From Octopus sinensis (taxonomy: Eukaryota), in the NCBI RefSeq assembly GCF_006345805.1, contig NC_043001.1, positions 38,254,001 through 38,318,000 of the forward strand: 64,000 bases of DNA. Reading direction: 5' to 3'. Shown here one piece after another: positions 22,003-37,000 of this stretch (position 1 is the stretch's first letter; every line of letters starts with the position of its first letter). The position numbers and the translations under genes were made by a program. The notes under the pieces were generated by a model. It was not told the DNA's origin and did not search any database. It was given only the letters and a program-made list of their open reading frames with translations.

Positions 22003-25000
22003 ATAATGTATATATATATGTGTGTATATGTGTGTATATATGTATATAATGTATATATGTATATAATGTATATATATGTATATGTATGTGTGTATATATA
22101 ATGTATATGTGTGTATATATAATGTATATGTGTGTATATATAATGTATATGTGTATATATATAATGTATATATGTGTATATAATGTATATGTATGTGTAT
22201 ATATGTGTATTTATATATAATGTATATATGTGTGTATATATGTGATGACCGTGACTGACTAGGCTATCAGATGCTGCTATACATCGCTTGTCACAATGCA
22301 CTTTGCATTGTTTTAGCCTTCAAATGATGCGACCCCGCTGCCTAAGTGAGCAGGCCAGTGTGTATGATCTATATGTGAAAGAGGCTTGGAGAAGCCATTA
22401 TGAGAGACTGCTGAATGTGGACAATGAATGGGAGGAGGAGAGCCTGCCAAATGTTGACCCAGTAGAGGGACCAGCTATCCCAATAGGCAGCTCCCTAATA
22501 GATAAAGCAATTAAGGGTATGAAGCCAGGGAAAGCCCCTGGCCCATCAGGAATCACTGCTGAGATGCTTAAAACATCTGGTGGTGTGGGATATGGCCTAG
22601 TTACCTGCATTGTAAACCAGGTAGTTCATAATGAAGTCATACCCAATGACTGGCGTAGCAGCACCATAGTTAACTGCTACAAGGGTAAAGCTGATGCTCT
22701 AGATAGAAATAACTACAGGGGTATTAAACTGTTGAATCAGGTGATGATGAAGGTCACAGAGAGGGTTATAGCCCATCTCATTAGGGAGAGAGTCTGCTTA
22801 GATGAGATGCAGTTCGGTTTTGTGCTGGGTAGAAGCACCACTGATGCCATATTCATGGTTCGACAACTGCAGGAGAAATAACTAGCTAAAGATAAACCCC
22901 TCTACATAGCTTTTGTGGACTTGGAGAAATCCTTTAACAGGGCCCCCTGATCCCTTATCTGGTGGGCCTTGCGGAAACTGAAGATTGATGAATGGTTAAT
23001 AAAGGCTGTACAGGTCCTATACAGAGAGGCTGTAGCAAGGTTAGGATTGGCAATGAGTACAGTGAAGAATTCCGGGTAGAAGTTGGCGTCCACCAAGGTT
23101 CAGCCCTCAGCCCCTTTCTATTCATCATAGTCCTTCAGGCAATAACAGAGGAATTCAAGATGGGTTGCCTCTGGGAGCTCCTCTATGCTGATGACCTGGC
23201 CCACATAGCAGAATCACTACCGGAACTAGAGAAGAAATTTTGGGTGTGGAAGCTAGGTTTAGAATCAAAAGGCCCTAGAGTCAATGTAGCAAAGACCAAA
23301 GTTCTAGTAAGTAGGAAGGTAAAAACACCACACTCTCCTTTCAGGTAGGTGGCCCTGCTCGATATGTAGAAAAGGTGTAGGTAGAAACTCCATAAGATGT
23401 ACCCAGTGTAAGCTATGGACACATCAGAGGTGCAGCACCATCAAAGGAAAATTAACCGAGAAGATAAACTTTCGTGTGCGGCAGATGCACAGGGTCAATA
23501 GACACCATTGATACTCAGAAAACAGATTCCATTACACTCCTGGGAGAGAAACTAGAAGTAGTTGATAGTTTCCACTACCTAGGTGACCAAGTTAGTAGTG
23601 GGGGTGGATGCTCAGAGAGTGTTACCACTAGAATAAGAATAGCCTGGGCAAAGTTCAGAAAGCTCCTACCCCTACTGGTGACAAAGGGTCTCTCACTCAG
23701 AGTGAAAGGTAGATTGTATGACACGTGTGTGCAAACTGCCATGCTTCACTGTAGAGAAACATGGGCTGTGACTGCGGAGGACATGCATAGGCTTGAAAGA
23801 AATGAAGCTAGCATGATCTGCTGGATGTGTAATGTCAGTGTAAGTGCCCTGAGAGAAATGCTGGACATAAGAAGCATTTGATGTGGAGTGCAAGAGAGAC
23901 GTCTGCGCTGGTATGGTCATGTACTACGGATGGATGAGGAGAGATGTGTGAAGTGCCACTCCCAAACAGTTGAAGGAATCCGGGGTTGAGGTAGACCCAG
24001 GAAGACATGGGATGAGGTGGTCAAGCATGACCTTCGAACGTTGGGTCTCACAGAGGCACTAAGCTGCTGCTACGCCAGTCATTGGGTATGACTTCATTAT
24101 GAACTACCTGGTTTACAATGCGGGTAACTAGGCCATATCCCACACCACCAGATATTTTAAGCATCTCAGCAGTGATTCCTGATGGGCCAGGGGCTTTCCC
24201 TGGCTTCATACCCTTAACGTGAGTTCTTGGCTGTTTCCTGCACCAGCTTCACAGAGAAGCCCCAGCCCATCCAAAGTACCTTGAAACACAGGACGGCCTG
24301 CTGTGCTTGAGGAGACCTATTGAGTCCTGTACATCAACATCAAAAAATCAAATGGAAATTGTACTTGTGATACCTATGCCAGTGGCACGTAAAAAGCACC
24401 AACTGATCGTGGCCATTGTCAGTCTTGCTTAACCCCTGTGCTGGTGGCATGTAAAAAGCACCCATTACGCTCACAGAGTGGTTGGCGTTAGGAAGGGTAT
24501 CCAGCTCTAGAAACACTGCCAGATCAGACTGGAGCCAGGTGTGGCCTCCTGGCTTCCCAGACCCCAGTCGAACTGTCCAACCCATGCTAGCTTGGAAAAC
24601 GGACGTTAAACGATGCTGATATATATGTGTATATATATATATATATGTATAATGTGTATATGTATGTATGTATATGTATAATGTGTATGTATGTATATGT
24701 ATAATGTGTATGTGTATATATAATGTATATATGTGTGTGTGTGTATATATATAGTGTATATGTGTGTGGATGTATATATATAGTGTATGTGTGTGTATAT
24801 ACAATGTATATATATATTTATATTTGTGTATATATACATATATGTATATAATATAATGTGTATGTTGCCATGCACTCTGTAAGACTGAGTGGGGCTATAG
24901 TGAGGGGGGAAAGTGGTTTTATTCTTTTGGATGGGTGATTAAGATGAGCGAAAAGAAACTGAAGAATAGATTTCTTGCTGTCCATTAGCTACACAACTAT

Positions 25001-28000
25001 TCACATAACAGAAGAGAGGATGGGAAGTAGTTGTGTTGGAGGTGGAAAGATAAAAATAATGGAGATGAGGTGTCAGGGTGGACCTTCAAGATGTGAGATG
25101 AGAAGTGAGTGGGTATAGGTGAACAAGAAATGTAGTTGGATAGAGGTTGCAAGAGTGTGGGTGAGTGAAAGACAGTTAGCTATAGGTAACTGATGCGTGG
25201 GTGAACTTTATGAACAATTGTTAAGGAATATAAGTAGGAGAAATAGGTAAAAGTAGGTGACAACTGTAGAAGTTGTGAAGGGTGACCAATGATAGTTGAG
25301 GGAAAAGGAGGTAGTGAGATAAAGAACAGCAGAATTGTAATAAAAATGATATAGTAGATGGTGCAAGAAGAGAGAGGGTAGACGAAAGGGAGAGAAAGAT
25401 GTGCATAGGTAGGTTGTAAGAGCAGGGCAGACGTAATGAATGAGGACAAGTGTATAATGGTGGGTCAGCAGAGTAATCTATGTAAAATGTGAGTGGAGAA
25501 GACAGTGTTAAGAATGAAAGATGGATAACATTGAAATGGTTCTGAATACTAACAGAGGTAGGGGGTTAAATGGTATCAAGATGATAAATTTCAAAGATTA
25601 TAAAATGAGATCAAATGCCTGGGGAGATGGGAAAAAAAAAGTCCAAAGACAGAGTGTAAATGTGGGAATGTATGAATGTGGTCTATATCACTGGAATGAT
25701 AGAGAATGGCTGTCAGAAAGAGAGAAGATACAAGAGGAGGTAAGAGGTCAAATGGTGTAAATGGTGTTTGAGTGTTAGGAGGCTTTATATCTAGTGTCAA
25801 GCTTGAAGAAGCTGATCCAGGATTTCAGTTGACCCTTGTTTGCATGTTGTGGGCTAAAAAAAGCTTTGTCTACTTGTTGAAATTAATTCTATGATCATAA
25901 TTGTCACTTAACTGTGTTAAGTTTGAAGGTTTTGTAATAATATATGAAATTTACATGTGTGTGTGTAAGTTTGTCAAGGTAATAAATTCTAGCCAGAAAA
26001 TGTTCAAACCTATGTAACCAGTTCCAAAAATTGTGAAAGGATTGTGTTGAACTTATGATATTGGATTCATTGAATAAACTGTTGTAAGATATTGTATATC
26101 AAAGACTTTAGTGTTACAATTTTAAGTCCAGCTTTACCTAAGGGAGAGCACTCACCCAGCATGTGATAGATCACTTAATTGTAGACTCTGCCTTCTCTAA
26201 CATTGTTCTTCAAGGTATTAAAGATCAAATAATTTTGTTTCTCAGTGAAGAGAAAATCTAGTTGCTGTTTCATTCTGAAAAGTTAGGACAAACAACATTG
26301 ATACAAGCAAAGTTTGAACTCAAATATGAGGTAGCAGATTTGAACCTCGTTCTTGTCTAGATAATACCTGCTGCTGCTGTGTCATGTTTATATAAGAAAG
26401 CTCCTTTTCTATGACCCTTCTTAAATCAAAACTCACAGTCTCTAAAGGCATCTAACTAGTCTGTTATTTCAGCTACTAACTAGTGAACAAACTGTTACCT
26501 CAGCTGCCTACACTGAACACAAAAACTGTGTGAGGAGGATAGAAATGTTCATGGACAAGCGATTTTCTTGAACAGAGAGCTGACATATGGTCACTCAATT
26601 TGCTGGAAATAATAGCCAAACTTCTAACTCCTCACTTAAATAAAGGCTATTATTTAAATTATGGGACCTTCATAATTAGGATGCCTTTCATTGTTTTTTC
26701 TCTTCTTTTTACTTTAACTGATTAGAGAATACACAACAAAGCCAACAAGATAAAACTTTGTTTGGACACTTGACTTGTTAGATATAGCAGCCAAGTTACC
26801 TTCAAATTTCTCTTTCATTTAAATATAGGAAGTATATATTGACAAGATATTTGCATAGGTATGTGCATATGTGGAACAGGATAGAGAGCAACTTTTGAAA
26901 TGCTTTTGAAGTTCAATCCTCAATTGCAGAAATATAAAATGGATAATATTATTATGACTTGCATAAAACTGTCTTCTGTAGTCAATATTTAATGAATGTT
27001 TCTTATAACCAGACATTTAAAAAAAAAAAATATTAACTTTTTCACTCATATGGCGTATTGAACTACTTTTGTAGATTTTATTGTTAAGGGTAGTTAAACT
27101 ATTTTATAAAACATTTTTCTAATTCTTTTTCATCAATAGTCTATTAAAACAATTGTAATTTAATTAATAAAAATTTCAGAAATAAGACAAAAAAAGTTAG
27201 GTAGTGGATATTTTTTAACATCTGTTTTGCATGTTGACATTACAGTATTAATTTTTTTTTCTTCTGTAACATGGAAACTTTGAGAATAGGGAGTTTAACC
27301 ATCTCAACCAATTATTTCTTCAAATAGTGTATTATTAAATTATACATGTGGTATAGAATAACTTATAAATATCCACATAATTAATAATTAAGTGGAGTAC
27401 TCTATTGTAACATTGATTTATTGGTTATTAAAAACAATTTATTGGATAAATGTGTGAAGACTATCTCAGGTTAACCCTTTCGTTACTGTATTTATTTTGA
27501 GATGATCTGTTTCTTTCAATTACTTTAAATATAACAAAGAATTTAGTAAAATAACTTAGTTATCATTCAGCTAGTGTTAGGAACATAAATTGTGACTAAG
27601 GTTTGGTGGAAGATTTTAATTCAAAACTTATGAAAACAAGACATTTGTGTACTCAGCTAGTTTCAGCTGGATTGGTAATGAAAGGGTTAAAGGCTATAGA
27701 TTTTGATATTATTTCAAAATGAATGTGAAATCCTAAAAACTCACTTGTTTTGTCAATATACTTTTTTTTTTTTTAAAAAGAAAAGATATTAAAAACTTTG
27801 AATCAATGTACATGCAATGTTGCTAGTCATACTTTTAGATATACATAAATTTTCAGTGACAAAAACTATTTTAAAGCATAAATATAAATTCTTAGTCCCT
27901 TTTTGATTTTCTTCAGAGAAATTGTTGGTTTTAGTCTGAATTATGATTACATATTTAAAAAAAATGGAAAATCTAAGTCATCAATGGTTCTAGAATGTGG

Positions 28001-31000
28001 AGTGCTCTGTCAGTATCTGCCTACAAGTCTGAGTGACCTTCTCAAAATATAAGGAACTTTTTTTATTGATTTAGAATTCTTTCTATAAAGGTCAAAGAGT
28101 GCTCAGTAAGTTAACATTTGGCTCAACTAAAAGGTTAAGTAAAAAAAATTTTCAGTGCTTTCTTTTGGTTAGATAAGCTGATTCTGTAAATTGTCATTTG
28201 AAAGTTTACTAAGTTTTAGTTCAGTAAAGTGAGACAAAATTAAATATACTAGCGGCACATGTGGAAGTTCCTACAGTTATTTCGAAAACTGTATGAATGC
28301 TGAAGTTTATAGGAAACCATGAAATATTTCTTTTGAAATGGTATTTTTCTCAAAAACATTTGATTCTTGACAGTGTAAAGTCCAGATATGTAGTACTGAA
28401 TAGCATTAATAGGATGACAAAGTTGAATAGAAATGGATTGAGAACTGTGCTCTTGGTCCCTATCTGCTCTTTGAATTTGTTGTTGCTCTTGTTCACTCTC
28501 ACTGTTAATTTTACAGCACCTCCATTTATGGTTCTATGGTTCTCACAAGTCATTCATCTACTCTTAACTTCTTCAGCAGCCACCAAATTACAGATTGACA
28601 GATTTTGTGAAAGGCTTTCTCTAGGCCAATGAATGCTAAATATAGCGGCTTACCCTTTGCTAAATACTTCTGTAAGTTCTTCACAAGGAAGATGGCATTA
28701 ATAATACTTCTTCATGCAGAACTGAACTGCATTTTCATCTAGGTTTCTCTTAATTGAGCTAACTCTTCCTATAACTTTCAAAATCTGGTCCATCAAATTT
28801 GTACCTCTGTAATTACCTTTTTTTAATCATTGGCCCTTGTGAGTGTTGATTATGATGCTGCCGTGGTTACTGGACGTGGCACCTTCCATACAGTCTGATT
28901 GTACTGGTGACTAGGCTGTACCGTATTCTGCTGGATAATTTAAACATTTCAGCTGTAATTCATGATGGACCAGGGGCTTTCTCTATCTTGAGAACCTTGT
29001 TTTTCATAGTGCTATCTACTAAAATGACTGTTCCCTTTGGTAGATCTGTGCTGAGAAGACATTTTTTCTCATATGCATTCTTCACATTTAACAGATTTTC
29101 ATAGTAGCGCTTCCATGTCTCTTTTCAGTATCACTCAATGCAAGTATGGCATTATGAATTTGTACATACTTCTCACCTGTATCTTGATTCTCTTGGATGC
29201 TTTGTGCAGGCATGGCTGTGTCGTTACTACCTACTGTGCAACATTTTGGGCAAGTGTCTTCTACTATAGACCCTGGTTAATTAAAGCCTTGAGTAGATTT
29301 GGTAGGTAGAAACTTGTGTGCACACATGTTTGTTTGTACCCGTGTCTTGATATCATGCGGCGGTTGTAAAGGAGCATCACCATAATGCAAGCAATATTAT
29401 TTGCCTCTGGTCTTCATGAAAACATGTTTGGCCAAAAGGAAATAATACTTTGCTGGCAACAGGTGAGGGCTGGTGACAGGAAAGGCATTTGACCATAGAA
29501 AATTTGCTCTAAGAAATTCCATCTGACTTGTGTAAGCATGAAAAAGTAGATGCTAAAATTGACACAGCCTTATCTACAACACCTCACATCTCTTATCATC
29601 CTACTGCAGAATGTTCCAAAAAAAGGCAAAAGTCATTTGATCTGCAGGGAAGGTAATGGCCTCTGTTTTTTGGGATGCAAAAGGCAATGTGTTTAGTGGC
29701 TGTCTTCAAAAAGAGCCTACTTGCTGAGGAGTTACAAAAGGCTATCAAGACCAAATGTCCAGGAAAACTGACGAAAGGGGTCTTCTTTCATCAGGACAAT
29801 GCTCCAGCACACAAGTCCTTGATTTCAATGGCTTTGCATGACTGTGACTTTGAACTGGTTGGTCGCCCTCCCTGTTCTCTTGATTTGGCCCCATCTGACT
29901 AAAACGTTTGGCCAGGAACCAGTATTGTGATGATGATGTTGTATCTGCTATTGATGATTTTTTTTGACCAACAGGATGAAAGCTTTATATCAATGGGATC
30001 CAAGCACTGCAACATCGATGGAAAAAGTATGTGGATCACAAGGGGGGTTATATTGAAAAAATTAACCTCTTTTGGTCACATACCATGAAAGTATCTTGTC
30101 AGCCTGTGAACTTTTCAGCTGGCCTTTGTACGTTTTCAATTCATTTTGTATTCATCGGTCAATTGTCAGGCGATGCAGAAACTGGAGATTGACGAATGGA
30201 GGCCGTTAGCAAGGTTAGGATTGACAATGAGTATAGTGAAGAATTCTGGGTAGAAGTAGGGGTCCACCAAGGTTTAGCCCTCAGTCTCCTTTTATTCATC
30301 ATAGTCCTCCAGGTAATAACAAAGGAATTCAAGATGGGTTGCCCCTGGGAGCTCCTCCATGCTGATGACCTGACCCTCATAGCAGAATCACTACCAGAAC
30401 TAGAAAAGAAATTTTGGGTGTGGAAGCTAGGTCTAGAATCAAAAGGCCTTAGAGTGAATGTAGCAAAGACTAAAGTTCTAGTAAGTAGGAAGGTGAACTC
30501 ATCACGCAACCACTCAAGTAGGTGGCCTTTCCCGATCTGTAGATAGGTGAAGGTAGAAACTCCATAAGATGTACCCAGTGTCAGCTATGGATGCATAAGA
30601 GGTGCAGCAACATCAAAGGAAAATTAACGGAGAAGATAACTTTTGTGTGTGACAGATGCACAGGGACAGATACTCAGAAAACAGATTCTGTCACACAAAT
30701 AGCATGAGTTCATGGCTGTTTCCTGCACCAGCTTCACATAGCAGCCCCAGCCCATCCAAAGTACCTTGGATTGTCGGGCAACCTGCTGTGCTTGAGGAGA
30801 CCTATTGAGTCAAGTACATCAACATCAAAATAAAAATCAAATGGAAATTATAGTTGTGATACCCGTGCCGGTGGCACGTAAAAAGCACCATCCGAACGTG
30901 GCCAATGCCAGCGCTGCCATGTCTGGCTTTGGTGCCGGTGGCATGTAAAAAGCACCAACCGATTGTGGCCGTTTCCAGCCTCCTTTGGCCCCTGTGCCAG

Positions 31001-34000
31001 TGGCATGTAAAAAGCACTCACTATACTCATGGAGTGGTTGGTGTTAGGAAGAGCATCCACCTGTAGAAACACTGCCAGATCAGACTGCAGCCTGGTCCAG
31101 CCTCCTGGCTTCCCAGAACGCGGTCGAACCATCCAACCCATGCTAGTGTGGAAAATGGATGTTAAATGCCGAGGACAATAGATATTCAGTTTTGTTCCAA
31201 CAGAATAGTGTAGATTTTACTGGGTTGTGTTGCAGTATTAGTGATATAAAAAATCCATCACCCAAGACACGTCATAATTTTATATTTCTTTTGAAATATT
31301 CCTTGAATATTCCAGTTTCAATTTTGCAGCCTAGTTTTCTGTTGTTTGATCATTTGTATCTCATAACTTCTAAGTCGCATACTTCTATGCAGATGATGCA
31401 TTACTTCATTTTTTTCTTAGCCATTAATGTATAAGTGTCATCTATACACAACACACAGCTCTTGCTCAGCATGTTCTGCCTCCATGAACAGAAGCCTCCA
31501 AAACAGCCTAGTTTCCTTCCGGAGCTCAAAGATGCAGTCACTACATATATCAACAAAATAGTCCTGTACCACATCCTTCTTACACATAAACAACTCAAAA
31601 TCAGGGTGAAGTAGAATGAGGGGCTCACCAAGCTAGTTATTTTATTCCACTATCATGAATGTAAGAAGCACAATAACATTTATGCATTGTGATATTTTTT
31701 TGTTAAATAAAAAGTGAAAAGACTTTAAGTTATAAATTTATCAGTGGTTTTGCCCATTGTTTTAAATGGGTACACCACATTTAATAACTGTTTTGTTACC
31801 ATTATTTCTGTTGAAAACACTCCATTGATTTAAATTGATTTTGAAAATAATGGAAAAAATTTAGTAAAAATAACCTTGTCATCATTTATGTACAAAACAC
31901 CATATAAATTTATATGGTGTTTTGTACATAAATGAAGGTTTTAAACAAGAAGTTGCATCATAGAACCAAAAGTGAAATTGGTTATTATTGAAAAAGGTTT
32001 ATAAAGTTGCCAGTGCACATACAATTTCACAAATGTGGTTTGTGTGTGTGTTCATTATTCACACCCATGTGAATAATGGGTTTAGATGGAGTGGTAGATG
32101 TTTGAGTTTGAGACGAGACTTTACAGCCAGATGCTCTTACATTCTTAACTCTTACCTGTTTTCAGTTGGTGGATATTTTAACGGTCTATAAAAGTATAGA
32201 GTAGAAATGCCAACATCACAGCTTTCAACTGGTGACAAGCATGAATATTGACATTCATGTGATTACAAGCTTCCTGTAGTTTCCAGAAAACAAAATATGA
32301 ATACAGGTGAAGGAACAACAAGCAGGTTTATTAGCTTATGGAAAGAGAAGGTATTGTGTCCTGAGCAAGACTATAGTTCTTTCTATCTTAAGTTCCACTA
32401 TAGTGTTGAAAGAGGACCAGAGGGTGATATTAGAGAATGGTGAGTGGAGCAGAAGGGTGATATAGGAAGGAGGACTAGAAGAGAATCCGTGAGTGGAGCT
32501 CAAGTGTGATATAGAAAGGACTGGAAGAGAGAGAATGATAGCTACATGATGATTGTTGGAAAGGAGATTGAATACAAGCAGTGTAATGAGAGAAGAGTGA
32601 GTTATAAGAGAGGGCTATTGAGTAATAGATGCGAGAGTGACAACAATAATGAAAATGGTTAGTGGTAAGCATGTGATAAGAGAGAGTAATGAAACGAAGT
32701 GAGAGAGGGATAGCAATAAAGAATGCTTGATGTTAAGGAATGATTTAATACAGACTGGATGGCATGTTATTTCTCATGCTTTCATTGTAGTGAGTGAGAT
32801 GTTGAGTAAAATATGGAGAGCAAACATAATGGTTATAGAATCTCAAATTAGATATACATCCCATTGTCCATCACCATTTTTACATCTATTTTACCAAACT
32901 TGTATAGAGTGGGTGAGTTCTTTCCAGCACACTGCTTCAGTATAGATCATGGATACCTAGTTATCACCTTTGTGAAGGTCACTCTCTTAAGATCTGCTTT
33001 TACTAGTTTGTCATACGTCTTCTTTATTTCCCTCTTCCATATATTCCATTCACGTGGCACTATCAACTACTGGCATTGTATGCTCATACTAATGAAGTTG
33101 TGTGTATGTATGTGTGTGTATATATATAATACACATACACTGGGCTTCTGCAGTTTGCATACACTAAATTTTACTCCTAAAGCATTGGTCAACTCTAAAT
33201 CTAGAATGAAATGAGTGTGAAGTGAACTTCTTGTCCACATGACTTGCCTGTACTCAATATGAATTTTCTCATATGTAGGATTTTGCTCCAGTTCAGTGCC
33301 GCTTGGCATGTGTTGTTACCCTGTAATTTACCAGTCAAAGCTTTGAAAAATGCTTAGTTTGATCTGTGTAATTCTCTGTTATTTTTACCTTTAGTCAGTA
33401 TGTGCAAAAACCAATCAAGGTTCTCTTGTCATAATTTAATAATAATCTAGTAATTGTAGTTAATTGTGGCCATTATTTTGGTTACTACTGATTTTTTTTT
33501 TAATTGAAGTTTAGATGAAGTAAGTTGGTTTACTGATTCAGTGAAAACTTTATTGGCTAGTTAGTTAGTTAGTTAATTTTAGCTCAAAAGCAAAAAGCAA
33601 GGCCATGTAGGGGGACATGGAGTTAAGTACAGGGTGGTGTTCATGTAAAGAGTTCAGGCCACTTGGGGTCAAGGGAGACTTAGAACAAAGCGGTCGTCGG
33701 CATCTTCACCATCTCGTCTAGCAGCTTGTTCCAGGGATCCGCAACCCGGACGGAGAAAGCTCCTCTCCTTTGATTGAGATGAAATCGTCGCAGGTAGAGC
33801 TTTTTGGAATGAACCCGCAGCCGCCACTCTGGAGCAGGAGTGAAGAACAGCTCTTTCGAGAGGTTACACTTTCCGCTTATGATGTGAGTGAGAATGAGAT
33901 CACCATGGCGGCGGCGTTTTTCTAGAGAATAAAGGTCGAGCGTCTTCAGCCTTTCTTCATAAGACAAATTCTTGAGACCATAAACCATGCGGGTAGCCAG

Positions 34001-37000
34001 CTTCTGGACTCTTTCGAGATGCTGTATGTCTTTGAGGAGATAAGGAAAAGAGGCTTGAATCCCATACTCCAATATGGGTCTCACCAGCGTGACATAGAGC
34101 GGTAGGAATATGGCTGCTGTGAGCATTCCGAATGACCGTCGAATCAAGAACAGAATTCCGCGTGCTTTGTTGGCAGCATGGACGCACTGGGCCAAAGGCG
34201 AAAGGGAGGAATCCACCAAGATACCCAGGTCCTTTACCTGATCGGTCCTCTCCAGCAGCAGACGACCTGGCTCGAAATCAAGTTGAGTTGCAGGAGAGCC
34301 AACAGGCAGATGACAGCACTTTGACACGTTCAGACACAGATCCCATTCGTTAGACCACCTCTAAATTTGGTAGAGGCATCGATGAAGATCCTCTATATCA
34401 CCGCGAGGAGCGACCTAGGTAAAGTTTGGACTGTGATTAAAAGCTTCAATTAAAATGTGTGGATAAGGGATAAATGTATATAACAAGTTTAATCAACAGT
34501 ATGGTCGAGGGTATTTACATCAGGAATTTCTACATACTCAGTACACTTAACTGCAGGATCTTGCATATGTAATTGTGAGATTGTATTCAAAGCTGAGTCT
34601 GTTAGTTGCTACTTGAAGTTGCTCATACTTGATACCCAGTTATTTGACAATTTCATATGAGAAGTTCTGAGTAGTGACCCTCACAGACATTCTGAATAGG
34701 TATTCCATTCAACCTAATAGTATTGAGTACTTTTGCTTTATTGCATTTCACATAAGTGATTTTATCATCTGATATATGTATGTAGAGACAGTATAAGCTC
34801 AAGAAAATTCTTAAGTCTTGTTGAGGACATGGAAATCTCTCTAGTACTGATTCCATGATAAAATTAGCCTAAGTATATGTTAAGTAGTTGGTGATAATGG
34901 TGTCTACCTAATAGAAACCATGCTAAAATATAATGAAAGTAAAATGTGATTCCTGAACCTGTTCAAGAGGACAGAAACTCTGAATGTGATTAACCAAATC
35001 TAACCCATGTCAGCTTTGAAAGTGAACATATTGCATATCAGGAAGTCTTTCTTAGTGTCAGCATTAGAAGATCTAAGGTATATGAAGTTACTGACCTTGT
35101 TGACTTATGTGCCATCATTGGAACAAATTGGTGGGTGGCTTTCATTCTCATTGATTGTCATGTACTCAGTTTTTTCTTTTTTAAACACTGTGCTTGAGGA
35201 GACCTATTGAGTCAAGTACATGAACATCGAAATAAATATAAACGGAAATAGTAGTTGTGATACCTGTGCTGGTGGCACATAAAAAGCACCATCCAAACAT
35301 GGCTGATGCCAGCGTCGCCTCGACTGGCTCCTGTGCCAGTGGCACGTAAAAAGCACCATCCGAACGTGGCCGATGCCAGCGCCGCCTTGACTGGCTTCCG
35401 TGCTGGTGGCACATTAAAAGCACCAACCGATCGTGGCCGCTACAAGACTCCCCTGGCACCTGTGCCGGTGGCACATAAAAAGCACCCACTACACTCGCGG
35501 AGTGGTTGGCGTTAGGAAGGGCATCCAGCTGTAGAAACACTGCCAGATCAGACTGGAGCCTGGTGCAGCCTCCTGGCTTCCCAGACCCCGGTCGAACCGT
35601 CCAACCCGTGCTAGCACGGAAAACGGACGTTAAACGATGATGATGATGATTGGGAAACAAGCTGATTTTGGTTGCAGCATTCTCAAGGTATATTAACAAA
35701 TGTGCATTGCACAGTTAATGAGCCATGATATAATATCAGCCTTGTCATAATCAGAGAAATACAGGTGCTGCTGATATCTTGAACACTGAGTGCCTGTAGC
35801 AAGCTTTGTTAAATTAATGCATGATATAGAGATGTATTTAGAAAAATTCCCGTTTATGCTGCTATGCTAGATACTATTGTTATCACATGTTTAAATATGA
35901 TGTAGATCGATTTGTGAATGGAATTGAATGAAAAGTAACAAAGCACTAGCTAAAGATAACTTTGACTGGAGTTTTCAAAACATGCATCTGCAAAATGTAG
36001 ATGAGTTGCTTTGGAATTTTCCTTTTCACCAATTGATTAGTTCAAGAATGACATAGAGAGATGCATTTAGGAAATTAAGATACAGCTTTTAAGGGTAATC
36101 TAATATGTATTAAATTCTGTGTTGTACAGATTAGTTGCTTGTTGAAAATTGGCCTCTTCATTCTTAAGATCTCAATCATTTGGAAGAGTTTTAGTAATTA
36201 GTATCTAAGAATACTACTGCTCTATGAAACTTTTATAGTCTGGCTTGCTCATGCTAATTAAAGTCTTACTTAAACTTCATCCATGCTGCTATTAATCTCT
36301 CATGGGTGGACTTGAGTGCTACTATTGTAGACAAATGAAGGCATGGTTGCATTAATCTTGTATTGATGATTTGTTCAAATATGTTTTTTGTCAGTTGAAA
36401 GCAAATTAGCTTCAAATTAGATTTGTTTAATGGAAATTAGTGGTTTGAGGATCAAGGTTTAAATGCTACCTAAACCTTCAAGGTGAAAGCTGATGCAAGT
36501 TCAAAAATTACTGTGTAATTTCAATGTTTGAATATTCACTCAAGTTCTCAAATTATTGTGTTACTTATCAAGATGCATCTCATATTTTGAACTGATCTCT
36601 AGATGTATTTTATTTGCTAATTTTCTTTAAAAAAAAAATGTTACTAATTTAGGGATTCATAAAATTATTTTATAAAATATTTTTCAGGTCCACAAGATTG
36701 CTGGGTTTGCTCCCACCTTGATGATGCAGGTGGTCATGTCAGATGATTTGGAAATGCCTGTACGACAAGCTGGTTAGTGTTATTTAAATGTTATATTAGT
36801 CTATACAAAAATATTAATTTTAAAATACTTCCTCTGTAAATTTCAAAATTTGCAGAAGTATCTGATTTTCTCTTTTTTTTACCGGTGTGGAGAAATTTTC
36901 TTTGATTTTACTCAATGATTTCAAGAGTAGGTGAGTTTTTGTTTGCTAGGAGGTTACATCTACTTTGTGGCACTTGCTAATACAAGAAGAAATATTTTCT

